This document shows positions 1 to 12,362 of a stretch of DNA of 64,000 nt, piece after piece. Every line of letters starts with the position of its first letter. Position 1 is the first letter of the stretch. Made by a program: the position numbers and the translations under genes. The stretch spans positions 2,666,001 through 2,730,000 of the forward strand of contig CM030335.1 in the NCBI GenBank assembly GCA_017654855.1, written 5' to 3'. Source of the stretch: Podospora anserina. Taxonomy: Eukaryota. The notes below the pieces were generated by a model. That model did no database searches, had not been told where the DNA came from, and was given only the letters and a program-made list of their open reading frames with translations.

Positions 1-1062
1 AAGGATTGCCTAACCTGGGACGCGGCTGCACACCGAGCGGGAGGCCAGTGACACGTCGTTCGGCGACGTGAGGTTTCACCGTCAAGCCAGCAAAACTGCA
101 AGTTCACCAATCCCTCTTGACAGACCTCACAAGTCTTCCCATGTCTGACAGCTGCAAGTCCTGTTGATCACTATTGCCAGCCATGCCGCGATTCTGGGGT
201 ACTGCTACAGAGCTGCACAGTGCATGTGTACGGTTGACCTTGATCAGATCAGCTTTCCAAGGAGAGTCCACCATGGCCACGCACCCATGGTGCTCCCCGA
301 GGGTCATTGATGCAAATGCATCACACCACTAGCTCCCTTTGACCAAGGTTATTCTATACACACACACCGGTCCGGACATAGAGAATCGGCAGGATTCACA
401 GAGCAGCGGGTGCCTAGGTATGTGGTGCCAACAATCGAGGATACACCGCCACTCTTTACAACGCCCTCTCATGGAAGTCATCGAGTCGGGGAAGAGCAAG
501 GACCTTTTTTTCAGCCAGCCCAAAATGCATCTGCAAAAGGAATCTGCAGCTTGCTGTCACGGGTCGCGCAGAAATTTTGCCATTCGCATGGGAGGCTCCA
601 CCGGCGTGCAGTTTGCAGGGCGATGCAGCAAAACGCTGTCAGGACATCCCGTCTCAACTATTCGATACATCGCAGTAGTGTCTGCTAATACGCACATTTT
701 CACGAGGGCGGGAAAGCGGGAGCTAAACACAATCCGGAATCACTTTGTCATGGCCTGCAGCAGAGGGAGGAGGGGAAGAAGCGGGGGAGGGGCTTCTGTC
801 TCATTCGATGAGTCCCGGCTCTTTTTTTCCCACCCTCCAATACAATGTCGTTGGCCCCCTCAGCGGGGGAGCGGCTGCGTTTTCCCAGCAATAGTAGCTT
901 GTTGCTATTCGTATAGCTGGACAGGAAAACTTGCTGAATCTTACCCCTGATCGATCAGAGCACTAGGCATTTCCGCGGAGGACTACACTACTATGTGTAG
1001 GTTTTGTCGCTCTTGGGGGTCATAGTATCACCAGCTGCCAACAAATCTACTTAGTTGTGGTA

Positions 1063-2602
1063 CCGTATAAACTCGAGGAATATGTCTTTTTGCCCTGGAC
1101 AAACCCGCTTTTATATATGGGACCCGTGTCAACCGAGCCAATCAAACTACCTTCCGGGCTACTATTTTATAGACCAATATTCCACTTTTCCTTAGTATTA
1201 AACTACTACAGCCACTCACTTGATACTTTAGTTTACCACTACTATATTACGTTTTCATTATTTTAATACTACTACGTAGAGTTATACATAGCTAAAATCA
1301 GTTAATTTCACCTAAATTTATTAATTAGGTTATTTATATAAAATTTTATTAATAAAATGCCTTTTTAATTAATTTAAATATTAATTCCTGTATATTTAAA
1401 AGTATAATATATAACGACTAAAGTACTAAAGCTAAATATTATAAGCTTCTAAGCTATAGTTGAGGGAATCACACCAAGTTTAGGACTCCTACTAACTATA
1501 GTTTAAAAAGCTTTACTTCAAGAATATTTTTTGGAGCTGCTTATTTTTAATTTACTTTACACTTTAATTTGTATTATTTTTTATATCATATAATTATTTT
1601 GTTTATAGTTTTTTATATTTTTATAATAACGGAATATATTTAATAACCTTCTTTAATGTTAGCTGGTGAGCCCTGATAGGCCTATAATATAGAACCTATA
1701 CAGGGTTGCTGTAAAATACAGCAGTGCGCAAGTGGAAGCGGAAGGATATGACGGCAGTGCCGAAGGAAGATAAAGCACTGTAATATAGTGAGGTATAAGG
1801 AATAAGAATTGCCTTTATTACCTTTGGCCTTAGCCTTAAGCTTTTGCCCTTAAGGAAAGAAAGAAAGGAACTATTCTACAGGAGAGAGGAGAGGTCTATA
1901 TATAGGCCTTCGTAGGCCTACTGTGGGTCCTGTAGGCCCTGGAAGCCCCTATACCACTTTGGGGTATTTGGTGGGCTTAGGTGGGTCTAGTGTAGACTCA
2001 CGGAAATCCATAGAACTTTCGGTAGCAAGGATGCCCTGTAAATCACACTATTGTAGCAACTTACTACGTAAGCTTGTAGCTACTTTGGAAGGTTCTAGTA
2101 TCTATTGACTAAGCCTCAGGCCACAGTAGCCCTGTAAGCCTTCAAAGGTCCCTTGTAAAGAATATTCTAAAGGGATCCAAGCCGGGAAGTTCCACTACTG
2201 CTTATAGCAGTGCTGCCCACTGTAATATTAATTTGTAGAGCAGTAAATATGGCACTTAGTAGTACCCACACATTAACAGATATAATAAAAATTATTTTGC
2301 TAGTTACATTAATTTATAATTTATAGATTATTTAATATTATTAAATATAAACCTTATTTTTAAGCATTTATTAGTAGCTTTATATATTTTTAAAAAAAAT
2401 AAGTCTAGTTTATTTATTTTTTTACTTATAGGTTTACTTACAGCTAGTATTTATAGAGTTTTCAGCGTAACTAGCTGAACTTTTACTGATGCGTAACTAT
2501 AAAAAGTCCAGAAAGCAGTTCAATTACCTCAGTTGATATAGGTCCCATATATAAAAGCAGGTTTGGCTGAGGAGAAAATATGTATTTCTCGAGTTTATAC
2601 GG
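1063..2602. mobile_element. Degraded non-autonomous Tc1/mariner-superfamily-like DNA transposon, apparently RIP-mutated
   Basis: 75-bp imperfect terminal inverted repeats at 1063-1137 and 2528-2602. The first 15 nt (CCGTATAAACTCGAG) are identical; by eye 15/75 positions mismatch, mostly transitions. Flanked by TA on both sides (1061-62, 2603-04). Interior is very AT/TpA-rich with no long ORF. Confidence 0.85.
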
Positions 2603-5198
2603 TAATTTCTTTCCACCGGCAGGCAATTTGTCACAAACAACTGCTCCCCGCTTTGTCTATGTACTATATCCCACCGCGCCCCGCTTCGGCGTCTAATGTC
2701 CCACAGGCCGGCTGACGTTGACAAAAGCTTCGGGTTTCGCACGGAATGTGGATAGACAATAAACTCGGGGGCTCCGCTGAATCGGGGCCGAAAGTGTACC
2801 CACCTTTTCCCCTCCGCAAGTTTGACGGGTAATGACTAAGATTAACGCGATGACGGCCGGGGATATTTGATGACGGGGAATGGTTAGGTAATACCCGATC
2901 CTATTTTCAATGTTTACGGGTCAGAGGGAAAAGTTATTTGCACTGTAGAGCGAGAAGGAAGAAAAATTTTGATGACAGGACACGGCAGGCCCGGGCTGGA
3001 CCTGAGTCTTCCGGACCCCTGTGAATGACGGGTTTGTTGCCCACCGGCATCGGGGCGGCAATTTTCTCTGGGCAGAGTGTGGGGGGTTTTCTTACAGCAC
3101 ATTCATTCATCAACGCCGCCGTCAAAGTTGAGACTGGCGGCGGCGGCAAACGTGAATTTCTTTTTTTTCTTTTCTTTTGTGAAAGAGTGCATCATGCAAG
3201 TGAACATCGGCATCTAGACTTTTTCTTTTTTTAACCCCCCCTTGCGTAGCCGCTTTTCTTACTCAGGGGTAAGCAAGACAAGGCAGTCAGTCTGTGGGAT
3301 ATTCCTAATGAGGAAGTTGGTCTTTTTTTGCTACTCTTTTAATCTCAGATGTTTTCAGACAAGGAAGTGCTACTAGGACAACCGCCCCCACGGTCACGAC
3401 AGGAATGCCCGACGGGAGCCGACGTCATGGGGCGTGGGTTGGTGCTTATTTTTTTTTCGAAATATTCTCGTCGGGCAAGAATGCAGAAAGGGCCGGGTAT
3501 GGGACAGGGATATGGACTTGACATTGACATTTAGCTATGAGATACCCATTGTCAGAATTATCATGAGGCTGCGGTGCGGGCTCCTGTCAATCTAATCACA
3601 CATGGGAGTGTGCAGAAGGGGGAAGCAAGTTTTCTTCACCGGTGAGAATGATGATCACCTCATCAGACAAGGGGGTTTGGGAGTCAATCGCCGATGATGG
3701 CTTTCATCATCACTTTGTAGTAGGTTGGATGTACACACTACCTATTTACATCGAGAGCGTAGTTGAGCTCATTTGTTGGGACGACAACTTCCCTCAGCCT
3801 TGCGTGGGACGACCGCACTACTTACATCTAGTACTGCCCAGGTACCTACCGTAGCCGACAAGTCTCTCCAAGTACCTCCCAGAAAACAGGCCCCTGAAGA
3901 GAATAAGCTCGTAACCATTTCTGCAGGTCCGGTGACCCCCAATTTCTTGTCTAGTCCCGTCGTCATCATGACTGGCTGTGTCCCCGGTGACTAGGGCATC
4001 TTCCTTGGTATTCAGCCTGCCGGAACCAGGTTTGGGCCAAGTGTGGGAAGTGCCGATCTTGAAAGGGAGAAATTGTCACACGGCATCATTGTGCTGTTGG
4101 GGATGGGGGATCTGCTGATGGGTGTTGCTTCTGTCCGGTTTTACATTGTGAGGACATGACAGGTCGGGATAAGGAAGTGTCAGAGAAGTAGACAGGTCAG
4201 AGCAAGGAATTATTTAGGTGGGTACCAGGCTTGGTGGGAGGGGGGAGGTTGGGATTGGTTGGTGAGGCTTGCTGTGGCAACTGAGGGGAGAGAGCAAAAT
4301 AAACAAGGGAATCAGGGGTGGGAAGGGGTTAAAGTAGTTGTGGAGTGTGGGAGGTGGTGAGTGGTGAATCGCTTTAAAAGCAAAGCACACCAACTTTACG
4401 GGTGTACCTAAATTACTAGTGAATGTACAACAGATCTGTTTATCATTATTCTCTATCATATTTACTACTCTTTTATTTTTTGTAATGAGTTCCCACTTAG
4501 AAGTTCTCAGTGTTCCTTGCCGTAGCCACTGCCACCGCTGTGGGCTTGCCGGCCTTTAAGTCAGTCACTATGTCCACAAGCTTTAAGAAAGACGGCAGCA
4601 AACAACAGGCAGATTGTTTCATATCTTAATTTTACCATGGACGGACCCATCCAAAGTTTATCCTTGATTTTCTTTTAGTCAGCCAAACAATCTTGAGTTC
4701 TCATATGCAAACCTACCTAGTCGACTTCGGAAGCCACCTGGAAGAGCACATCTCCTATCACCACAACACTATGCTAACAACCCCTCCAAGTTGCAATTAT
4801 TCTTACAAGTTTTTTTGAGGCCTCAAGTCCTTTTATTACATTCAACTAGTCAAATGTTTTTTTGCAGATAAAGAGGCGTTAACTTTGCATCACCACACTA
4901 ACCCTACCCCACACCCAACTTTCAACCCCGAACCCCACTCAACCTACACACACACAACTTTACCTTACATATAGGGCCTGGCTAGGAGCAGGCATTATTG
5001 TTTCCTGAAGACAGGCACGCTAACTAGCTATAGAAGGCTTTTTTGCAAAAGCTCTCGAATATCAAATCAACTAAAAACACTGTAAAAGCTAGCCTCAGAA
5101 ATGCAAGCTTATTCAAATTATAATTTTAAACATAAGGCATCTACTAATAACCTTTATACTACCACCCTCACTACCATCCTCACCACCACCTTTATTTT

Positions 5199-5282
5199 AT
5201 TACAACCCTTACTACAACCCTCACCACAACTCTTACCACAACTCTTACCACAACTCTTACCACAACTCTTACCACAACTTTT
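5199..5282. repeat. 12-bp minisatellite (ACCACAACTCTT), about 7 units
   Basis: Four perfect units from 5223, one with a single mismatch, and two degenerate units upstream. Confidence 0.85.
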
Positions 5283-7133
5283 ACCATTAGCTATCTACTT
5301 TAAAGCGCATAAGTAAGTAATAAAATATAAAGAAATGTGGAAAAGGGATAGATTGCATGATACACACCTGTTTTTATCCACGTTTTGCGGCTATAGTAAT
5401 GCTTAAAGACTTTTGTGAGAGTTTAAAGGTCATTTGTGGAGCCTTATTCCCAGATGTGGCTAGCTGCCTATCTTCAGGGAAAAAATGCGCCTGCTCCTAG
5501 CCAGACCCTTACATATGCCCATCTTCTACCATCCCCACCATCAACCAGTATTACCTCACCGGGTGACTAGTCTAGTGGTCAGGACGCTTCGTTGTGGTTG
5601 TTCGCAAGAACATCACATACGATCCGAAGAAACCCCGGTTCGATTCCGGGGTCGCCCAATATCTTTTGCCAATTCTGCCTCACATCAGCCTTTTTTTTTT
5701 TTTTTCTCTCTCTCTCTCCATTTTTGTTTTTACATCAGTGAAAAACTTTTACTTTTGCGTTCAGCAACGCCATAAACCTGGACCGACCGGGAAGAGGGAG
5801 GTGATGCATCACTCTTACCTACTCCATAGCCAAGAAGCAGGAGGAAGCTGAAAGAGCATCGAATGGGAAGCCCAGGGGCTTTGGAGAACAAGATGATCAA
5901 TCCTACCTTGCTATGCTGTTCTCTATCGATGGCTAGAACCAAGGCATGCTGGATGGACAAAACGGCAGACTTCATGGTGAATCATTTTATTGTGGAAAAG
6001 ACTTTTCCAACTACCGCAACTAGATGACACTTGTAAGGGGCAACCCATTTTCCCAACCGCCGAAGACGGGTATCACAAAATGCAGTGAACTACCTATCTT
6101 GGGATGACGAAACACGACGGTTGATACTGAACGTTGGTTGACCTCGGGCCTGTCTCTAGACTATGATGGCATAGCTTGAATCTAAAGGGATGCCTACCTC
6201 AGAGTTGGAAAGATTCAAGACAACGTGGCGCAACCTCCAACACATCACACCAAGCACTCAGACGATCCAAACATACAGTAATCCCTTTAATTCCTTGTCA
6301 TAATCCTAGCATACAGTTATACACATGCCCAAAGCATAATATATAGATAGTAAGTTGCGGAACCCATCTTCGACGAGACCTCCTTTTTCCAAGCCGCGCA
6401 ACCACCGCAGCCTCCAAAAGTCTTTCTCGTCTCCTCGCTGTCAACCCATCATCAATCGACAGCATCATCTGGCTTCCTTACTATTCCGTCACCGTCCTAT
6501 CCCTCTGCCTTTTTGGTTTGTCCGCTCAACAACAATGGGCAAGCTCATTCCCAATACATCCAACAACCGGCAAGCCAAGCCCAATGAGCAGAGCAAAAGG
6601 CCTGCCTAGTAATCCCGTCATCTGGTCTCATGCGCCCCTCTCCCCTTCCCGTGATAATGATTGCCCCCTTTTCTGTCCCGTCAACTGCTGGACACGAACC
6701 GCGCGAACCGATCAAACCAAATTGACCAGTTGGATAACAAAAAAACGAAAAAAAGGGGGGACAGCCAACCAACCCAAACACCAACTACAGATAAGTCAAA
6801 CATCACAAGCCAAAAAAATTCCACATAACACCCGCTCACTCCTTCCCACCCTGGCTTGCTATACCCCCCCACCCCACCTCTTGAAAGATATGCTCGTAAC
6901 GTTATTGTTGCCTCCTACCAATGGTGTCTCTTGCGGATGAGACAGACAGCGCGCCCCATGCAAATGCTAGAGTCGTCGATCACAAGCCCGTCGAAAGAAA
7001 GGAGATAAGAGAAACCCAACCCAAGACCCATAAAGAAAGGCCCAAGATGTGCCATATGCGAAGAAGAGGATCGAGACAGAAATGGGTATCACGCGGAGGA
7101 GGAGCGCGGAACGAAATGGGAGTGTGAACCAAA

Positions 7134-9182
7134 TTACCACTCGTCGTTGTCAACTTCGTGTCTGTGACGGGGACGGCGTTTGAGAAGTGCGAGGAGGGCA
7201 TCGAGCTGAACCCAGTTGTCGTCATTTTCTGCAAACTTGCGATGCTTGCGGGTAAGAATATGCTAGGTTGCGTCAGCATTGCTTCACAGCAAAACAACAT
7301 CATAATAAAATATTTACCTCGTCAAAATCATCAAACTTATCCATGCAGTTCTCGCAATACCCTGGCTTGGGATCACGCTTCTGTCTTTGTGCAACGGGCA
7401 AACTGACGGTTCTACGCAGCTTCTCTCTCTGTTTCGCCGCCTCCTCTTCATCGACAGTTTCGAGCTTGCGGTGTGTAGCTCTGCTAGCACTCGCAGACCG
7501 GACAAACGTGGTGCTATCGTGGCTCATCTCAGCCATGCGGCGCGAGCTCAAGTCCTGGGACACAGCAGGGGGACCGGCCTTCGCCAGAACCTTACGTTGC
7601 AACCCGTGGATCTCCTTACTGGTGCCCGCCTTGGCACCTAGCACACCACTAGTGGAGGAGATCATCTGGGAGCGGATGGCCGATGTTACGGCGGATTGCT
7701 GGAGACCAGACGCAACGGGCTCGCCAGCAAGGAGACGGCCTGCCTTTGCATGGCTCATAAAGGCGTTCTGGGTACGGAACTCCATCTGGGGAGGGTTGGA
7801 AACCCTAGATCGATCCAACGCATCAGCCGCGGCGACTGGCGGGGTGCCTCTGTTTTGCCCGTCTTCCATCACGGCGAGAGTCCGCTTTCCTGTAGCGGGC
7901 TTGGGTGCTGGCACTTCTGGAGGCTGAAGTTTGGCAGCATTTTCGGCGGCAGCTGCCTTGGCGGCGCGCTCCTTTGTTTTCGTCTTTTCGCGGTTCTCTT
8001 TTTCTGGGATTTCATAATCCTGCACAAATGGGCACCGGCCAGCAGAAGCTACACGGAACTGCGGCCACTCTCCATCCTTCTTATCGGCAACCTTGGCATA
8101 TTCGCGGGCCATGACCGGTTTCGTCTTCTCTTCCATATCGTAAATGTAGATATACGGGCCCTTGAAGTGATGCATCTCCTTGGTAGCAACCGTCGGATCA
8201 CGATCTGACGGGCCATGTACCCGCTCCTGCTGAAGAAGATGACGAAGGTTAGATCGATCCGTCGTCTTGCCGGTCCCTGTGCGGCCATGGTTGGTGCTCT
8301 TGTGCGGCTCCGCCTCCAATGCTTCAAGAAATCTCGTGAGCTTGTCGACCGACCATAACTTCATTTTCATGTCCTGAGCGCGGAGCAAGATGTCTGTGCT
8401 GCGTGACTTTTGTGGTTTGGCATCCTGCCCTGGGACTGGCATCCTCCGACTCGTATCAAACACAAGCTTCCTCCTCACAGGAGGTGCCTCCGCAACACGA
8501 TTTAACAGGGATGGGTCTATCGTCTTTGGCTGCTCGGAGCCATGGGATTCGGCGGCATTTTCCTGATCGTGGGCCGAGTTTTTTTCGGCACGGGGGATCG
8601 GCCGGGTGGTGATAACGTGAGTCACATCGATCGAGAAGAACTTTTCCTCGCGCTGTTCCAAGTGGCACGTTAGTCTCTCAGGCTCAACTGATCCGAGTCT
8701 CAAACACCATCACTTACAGCACCAAGGTTATTGACCCGCTTGGCCAATCTGGACCGCTGCTCATCAGGAACACTCTCAAAGTAAAAGACCCAGGTCGGGA
8801 AGCGAGCGCTGTAGGTGGCCCTCCACTCGGCGAGCTCTAATTGAGAAGCCTTTTCAACGGCTCCCTGTGAAGTCTTTTGCGAGGTGGTGACAGCAGCGCG
8901 GGTGGTGGTTCCTCTGTGTACGATAGTTCGGGATGGTTTCGTTCGGCTGGGGGATGCGACACCGCGCTCGATCATCTGGCGCTTTGCTGGTGGAGGTTGG
9001 CCATAAGGCTCCTCCCTAAGGAGCTCAGCATGGGAGCGAACCTTTTTGGCACCATTGAGGGCGGCCGAGGTACGCATAGGCGAATTGGCGACATTGGGAT
9101 TATTCGAAAGAGGAACTCTCCTGGCGGTCGACATGGCAGAGAGCTGGTGGAAGGGGGCGGGCGATAGAGATACTGCGGCCAT
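7134..9182 (-). CDS. DBF4: Dbf4/Dfp1/NimO-like regulatory subunit of Cdc7 (DDK) kinase; 3 exons
   Basis: BRCT-like N motif (FYFESVPDE..LGA|REEKFFSIDVTHVITTR), M motif (FKGPYIYIYDMEEKTKPVMAREY) and C-terminal zinc finger (KPGYCENC..FDE|HILTRKHRKFA). Introns 8653-8717 and 7263-7317. Start could alternatively be 9134. Confidence 0.9.
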
Positions 9183-9368
9183 ACGAAAGCCCACTCAACA
9201 TGCTAAGGGGCAGTCTGTCTGATGTTGAGTGAGGTATGGGAAGGAAAAGGGCGGTCGTGGTCGCGGTCTTGTGCGAGAGTGCGAGTCGGATGTGGAGGGG
9301 CTGGGTGCTGGCAGCAACGACCGTCCAACGCGGGCTGGAGTGTGGACGTGCGTGCACACCAAAAATGG

Positions 9369-9405
9369 ACGCGTCGACTGATGGAGCCGGAAAATGGCGA
9401 CGCGT
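9369..9405. promoter_or_regulatory. Two MCB-like (ACGCGT) elements upstream of DBF4
   Basis: ACGCGT at 9369-9374 and 9400-9405, with more CGCG cores nearby. DBF4 is a known MBF/MCB target in yeasts. Confidence 0.5.
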
Positions 9406-10021
9406 TGGGAGTTGAGGACTTGAGAGAAGCCCTGGAGCTGGAGGGATGGATGAGGAAACACCACAGACCTTCAATGGCTCAAAGATTGCCCGGCAGCAGT
9501 CTTCAAACCAAGGTCTATCAAAGTGAAGGTGTGTCGGCAACTGGGGCGTTTCTCGGTGTGTGTGGAAAAGGTCGCGCAATCTCAAAAGCAGCGGCAAGTC
9601 AACATCAGTGTCCAAGCTTTTTCCCGCGACTAAGCCCACTTTGAGTTCAGCACAACAAACTTGGGTCCACCGACGCGGCTGCCAACTGCCCCCCTCTGTC
9701 GCGCACGGCAACGCCCCCCAGTTGCATATCCACTGCCACTTGTCGGCACTGCCAACCTCGACATCTTCAAGCTTGGCACAGCCCATCTGACGACATTGTT
9801 CAAGATCCAGCTTTCCTATCTGGGCTGTGAGATACTCTTGAGAATTTCTTGAGTTGCGAGGAATAGCGTGTTGTGAGAAGGCATTGGGTGTGGAATTTTG
9901 AGATTTGCCCACGTTCTTTGTGTGGATTGCATTTTGCTGAGATGTACTAAATTCTCTCTCGCCTATCAAAGCCTCATCTCATCCACCAAAGCTCACAAGA
10001 CCACTAAAAAAAAGAGACATC

Positions 10022-11588
10022 ATGAGATTATCAAGAGGCAGAGCTGCCTTACGGCAACTGAGTCTGGTTTCATCCCCAAATAGACAGCAAATATACCGAC
10101 CATTCCAACAATCACTCACCCTTACCGGTGCAAGATTAAAACCTTTTCGCAACTATGCCACCTCAGTCTCAGCAGCCGATCTAGAATTCGGCCAACCCGT
10201 CTATGAGACACACCCTCACATTCTCAAACCAGGCGAAAGTATGTAACCAACCTCACACGCTCACAAACATATACACTAACTTTTTTCTCACAGTAACCCA
10301 AGGCATCACCGCCCGCGAATACGCCTCCCGCCGCTCCCGCCTAGCCCTCTCCCTCCCCCCCGACGGCGTGGCTCTCCTCGCCGCCGCCGACCTCAAATAC
10401 CGCTCCGGCGCCGTTTTCTACCCCTACCGTCAAGACTCCAACTTCCTCTACCTCACCGGCTTCCTCGAGCCCGAATCCCTCGCCGTAATCCGCAAAACCG
10501 GCCCCGGCCCCGAGGACTATCTGTTTTCCCTCTTCTGCCGCCCCAAAGACCCCCGCGCAGAACAATGGTCCGGCCCCTGGTCCGGCCTCTCGGCAGCAGA
10601 AGACGTCTTCAACGCAGACAACAGCTACGACATCTCCCGCGCCTCCACCACCCTCCCCTCCCTCCTCCGCGGCGCCTCCAAAATCTTCACCGACATCCCC
10701 CCCTCGCTCACCACCCCCTCCAACATCGGGCCCCTCCTCAAATCCCTCTCCCTGCCCACCTCCCCCTTAAAAACCCTAGTCAACACCCTCCGCGCGATAA
10801 AATCCCCCGCCGAAGTCGCCGCCATGCGCCACGCCGGCCAGGTCTCGGGCAGGGTGATCACCTCGGCCATGCGCCGCCCCTGGACCCTAGAAAAAGACCT
10901 CCACGCCTACCTCGACTACGGCTTCACGCAGCACGGCCTCAGCGGGCCAGCCTATGTCCCTGTTGTTGCTGGCGCAAGCAGAGGTTGCATGATCCACTAC
11001 GTGCATAACACGTCCGACCTGCCCGCCAACTCCACCGTGCTGGTCGATGCGGGGGGTGAGTACGGGTACTACGTCACTGACATCACGCGGACCTGGCCGG
11101 TGTCTGGAAAATTCTCCCCTGCTCAAAAAGATCTCTACAATGCTGTGCTTACCGTTCAGAGGCAGTGCGTGGCGCTGTGCAGGGAGAACGCGGGGGTTAG
11201 TCTGGATGAGATTCACCGCGCGGCGGAGAATGGGTTGAGGGAGCAGCTGGCGTTGTTGGGGTTTGAGGGGTTGACAGCGGGGACGAAGAGGTGGACGGGG
11301 CAGGGAGGGGAGGATCTGATGGATGTGCTGTTTCCTCATCATGTCGGGCATTATGTCGGGTTGGATGTTCATGATGTTCCCGGGTATGGACGGTCGGTGG
11401 CGTTGAAGAAGGGACACTGCGTGACGGTGGAGCCGGGGGTTTATGTACCGGATGATGAGAGGTTTCCCAAGCATTTTAGGGGGTTGGCGGTCAGAATTGA
11501 GGATAGCGTTGCGGTGGATGAGGAGGGGCCGCATGTGCTGACGACCGAGGCGGTTAAGGAGGTGGAGGATATTGAAGCGCTGAGGTAG
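10022..11588 (+). CDS. ICP55: Mitochondrial Xaa-Pro aminopeptidase family M24B (Icp55/XPNPEP3-like)
   Basis: Arg-rich presequence (MRLSRGRAALRQ..FRNYATS), intron 10239-10293, and motifs YRQDSNFLYLTGF, LVDAGGEYGYYVTDITRTWP, PHHVGHYVGLDVHD, TVEPGVY, VRIED. Confidence 0.88.
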
Positions 11589-12362
11589 GGTGGTGTAGTT
11601 GTTGTACGATAGGTGATGAGGGTATGTAAAAGGGGGTAAATAAAAGCAAGGTGACACATACATTAAGCTGTAGAAACAAAGAGGCCATGTTTGATATTAA
11701 CATTTGATTCATGGGTAGATATTCTAAGTTAAGGTGCTGTTCCACCAGAGCCAGAGAAAGTACCTCCCCCTTTTACTTGCTCTGCCTAGTTTGACGGTTT
11801 GCCAATTACTGCTATTAATCTCTTGCTATTGCCGATCATGAGCCGTCAGTAACAAGGCATACATACACAATTTTCATACCACTCGACTCAACGACACCAA
11901 GAAACCAATGTGAGATACGATTCTCCATTCTCTTCATGGCGATTCATCCCAAGTAAACTATCATCGGTATCATGAAAATGGGACCCAAGTTCCCAAGACA
12001 ATGATAGCCCGAGCATAAGACCTGGCCTGTCCAACCCAAAAGAAAACCGACCCAAAAACCCCAACATCAACATGTAATTTTCTCAACCCATCCAACCCCC
12101 TAACCCCTATTTTTAAGCATGCTTCCAAAATGAACCCTCCTCCAAAAAAATGTAAATGCTCCCACCCCAAAACGCCACATCCCTTTCAATCAACAAACAC
12201 ACAGATGACGAAAGAAAGCCGCTTTGCCGCCAATTTTTTGATGGGAGTAGGAATTAAATAACAAAAGAATAAAAAAAAGTGGTATATACAAGAAATGTGT
12301 TTCTTGAAGAAATAAAAGAAAGCTTGATTGGTGATGATGTTGGTGGTGATAGTTTTTGTATG

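Noticed and set aside
339-950. 203-aa ORF and overlapping short ORFs at the window start
   Set aside because: No recognisable motifs or codon bias; likely chance ORFs.
3773-4159. ORF that would extend to a hydrophobic end if TAG 3992-3994 were read through or A-to-I edited
   Set aside because: No convincing ATG start and no recognisable homology; the editing idea is unsupported.
5199-5282. CRISPR-like or telomere-like array
   Set aside because: Contiguous 12-mers with no spacers, not TTAGGG, and a eukaryotic context.
9100-9969. 289-aa minus-strand ORF upstream of DBF4
   Set aside because: Out of frame with DBF4, spans the divergent promoter and has no family features.
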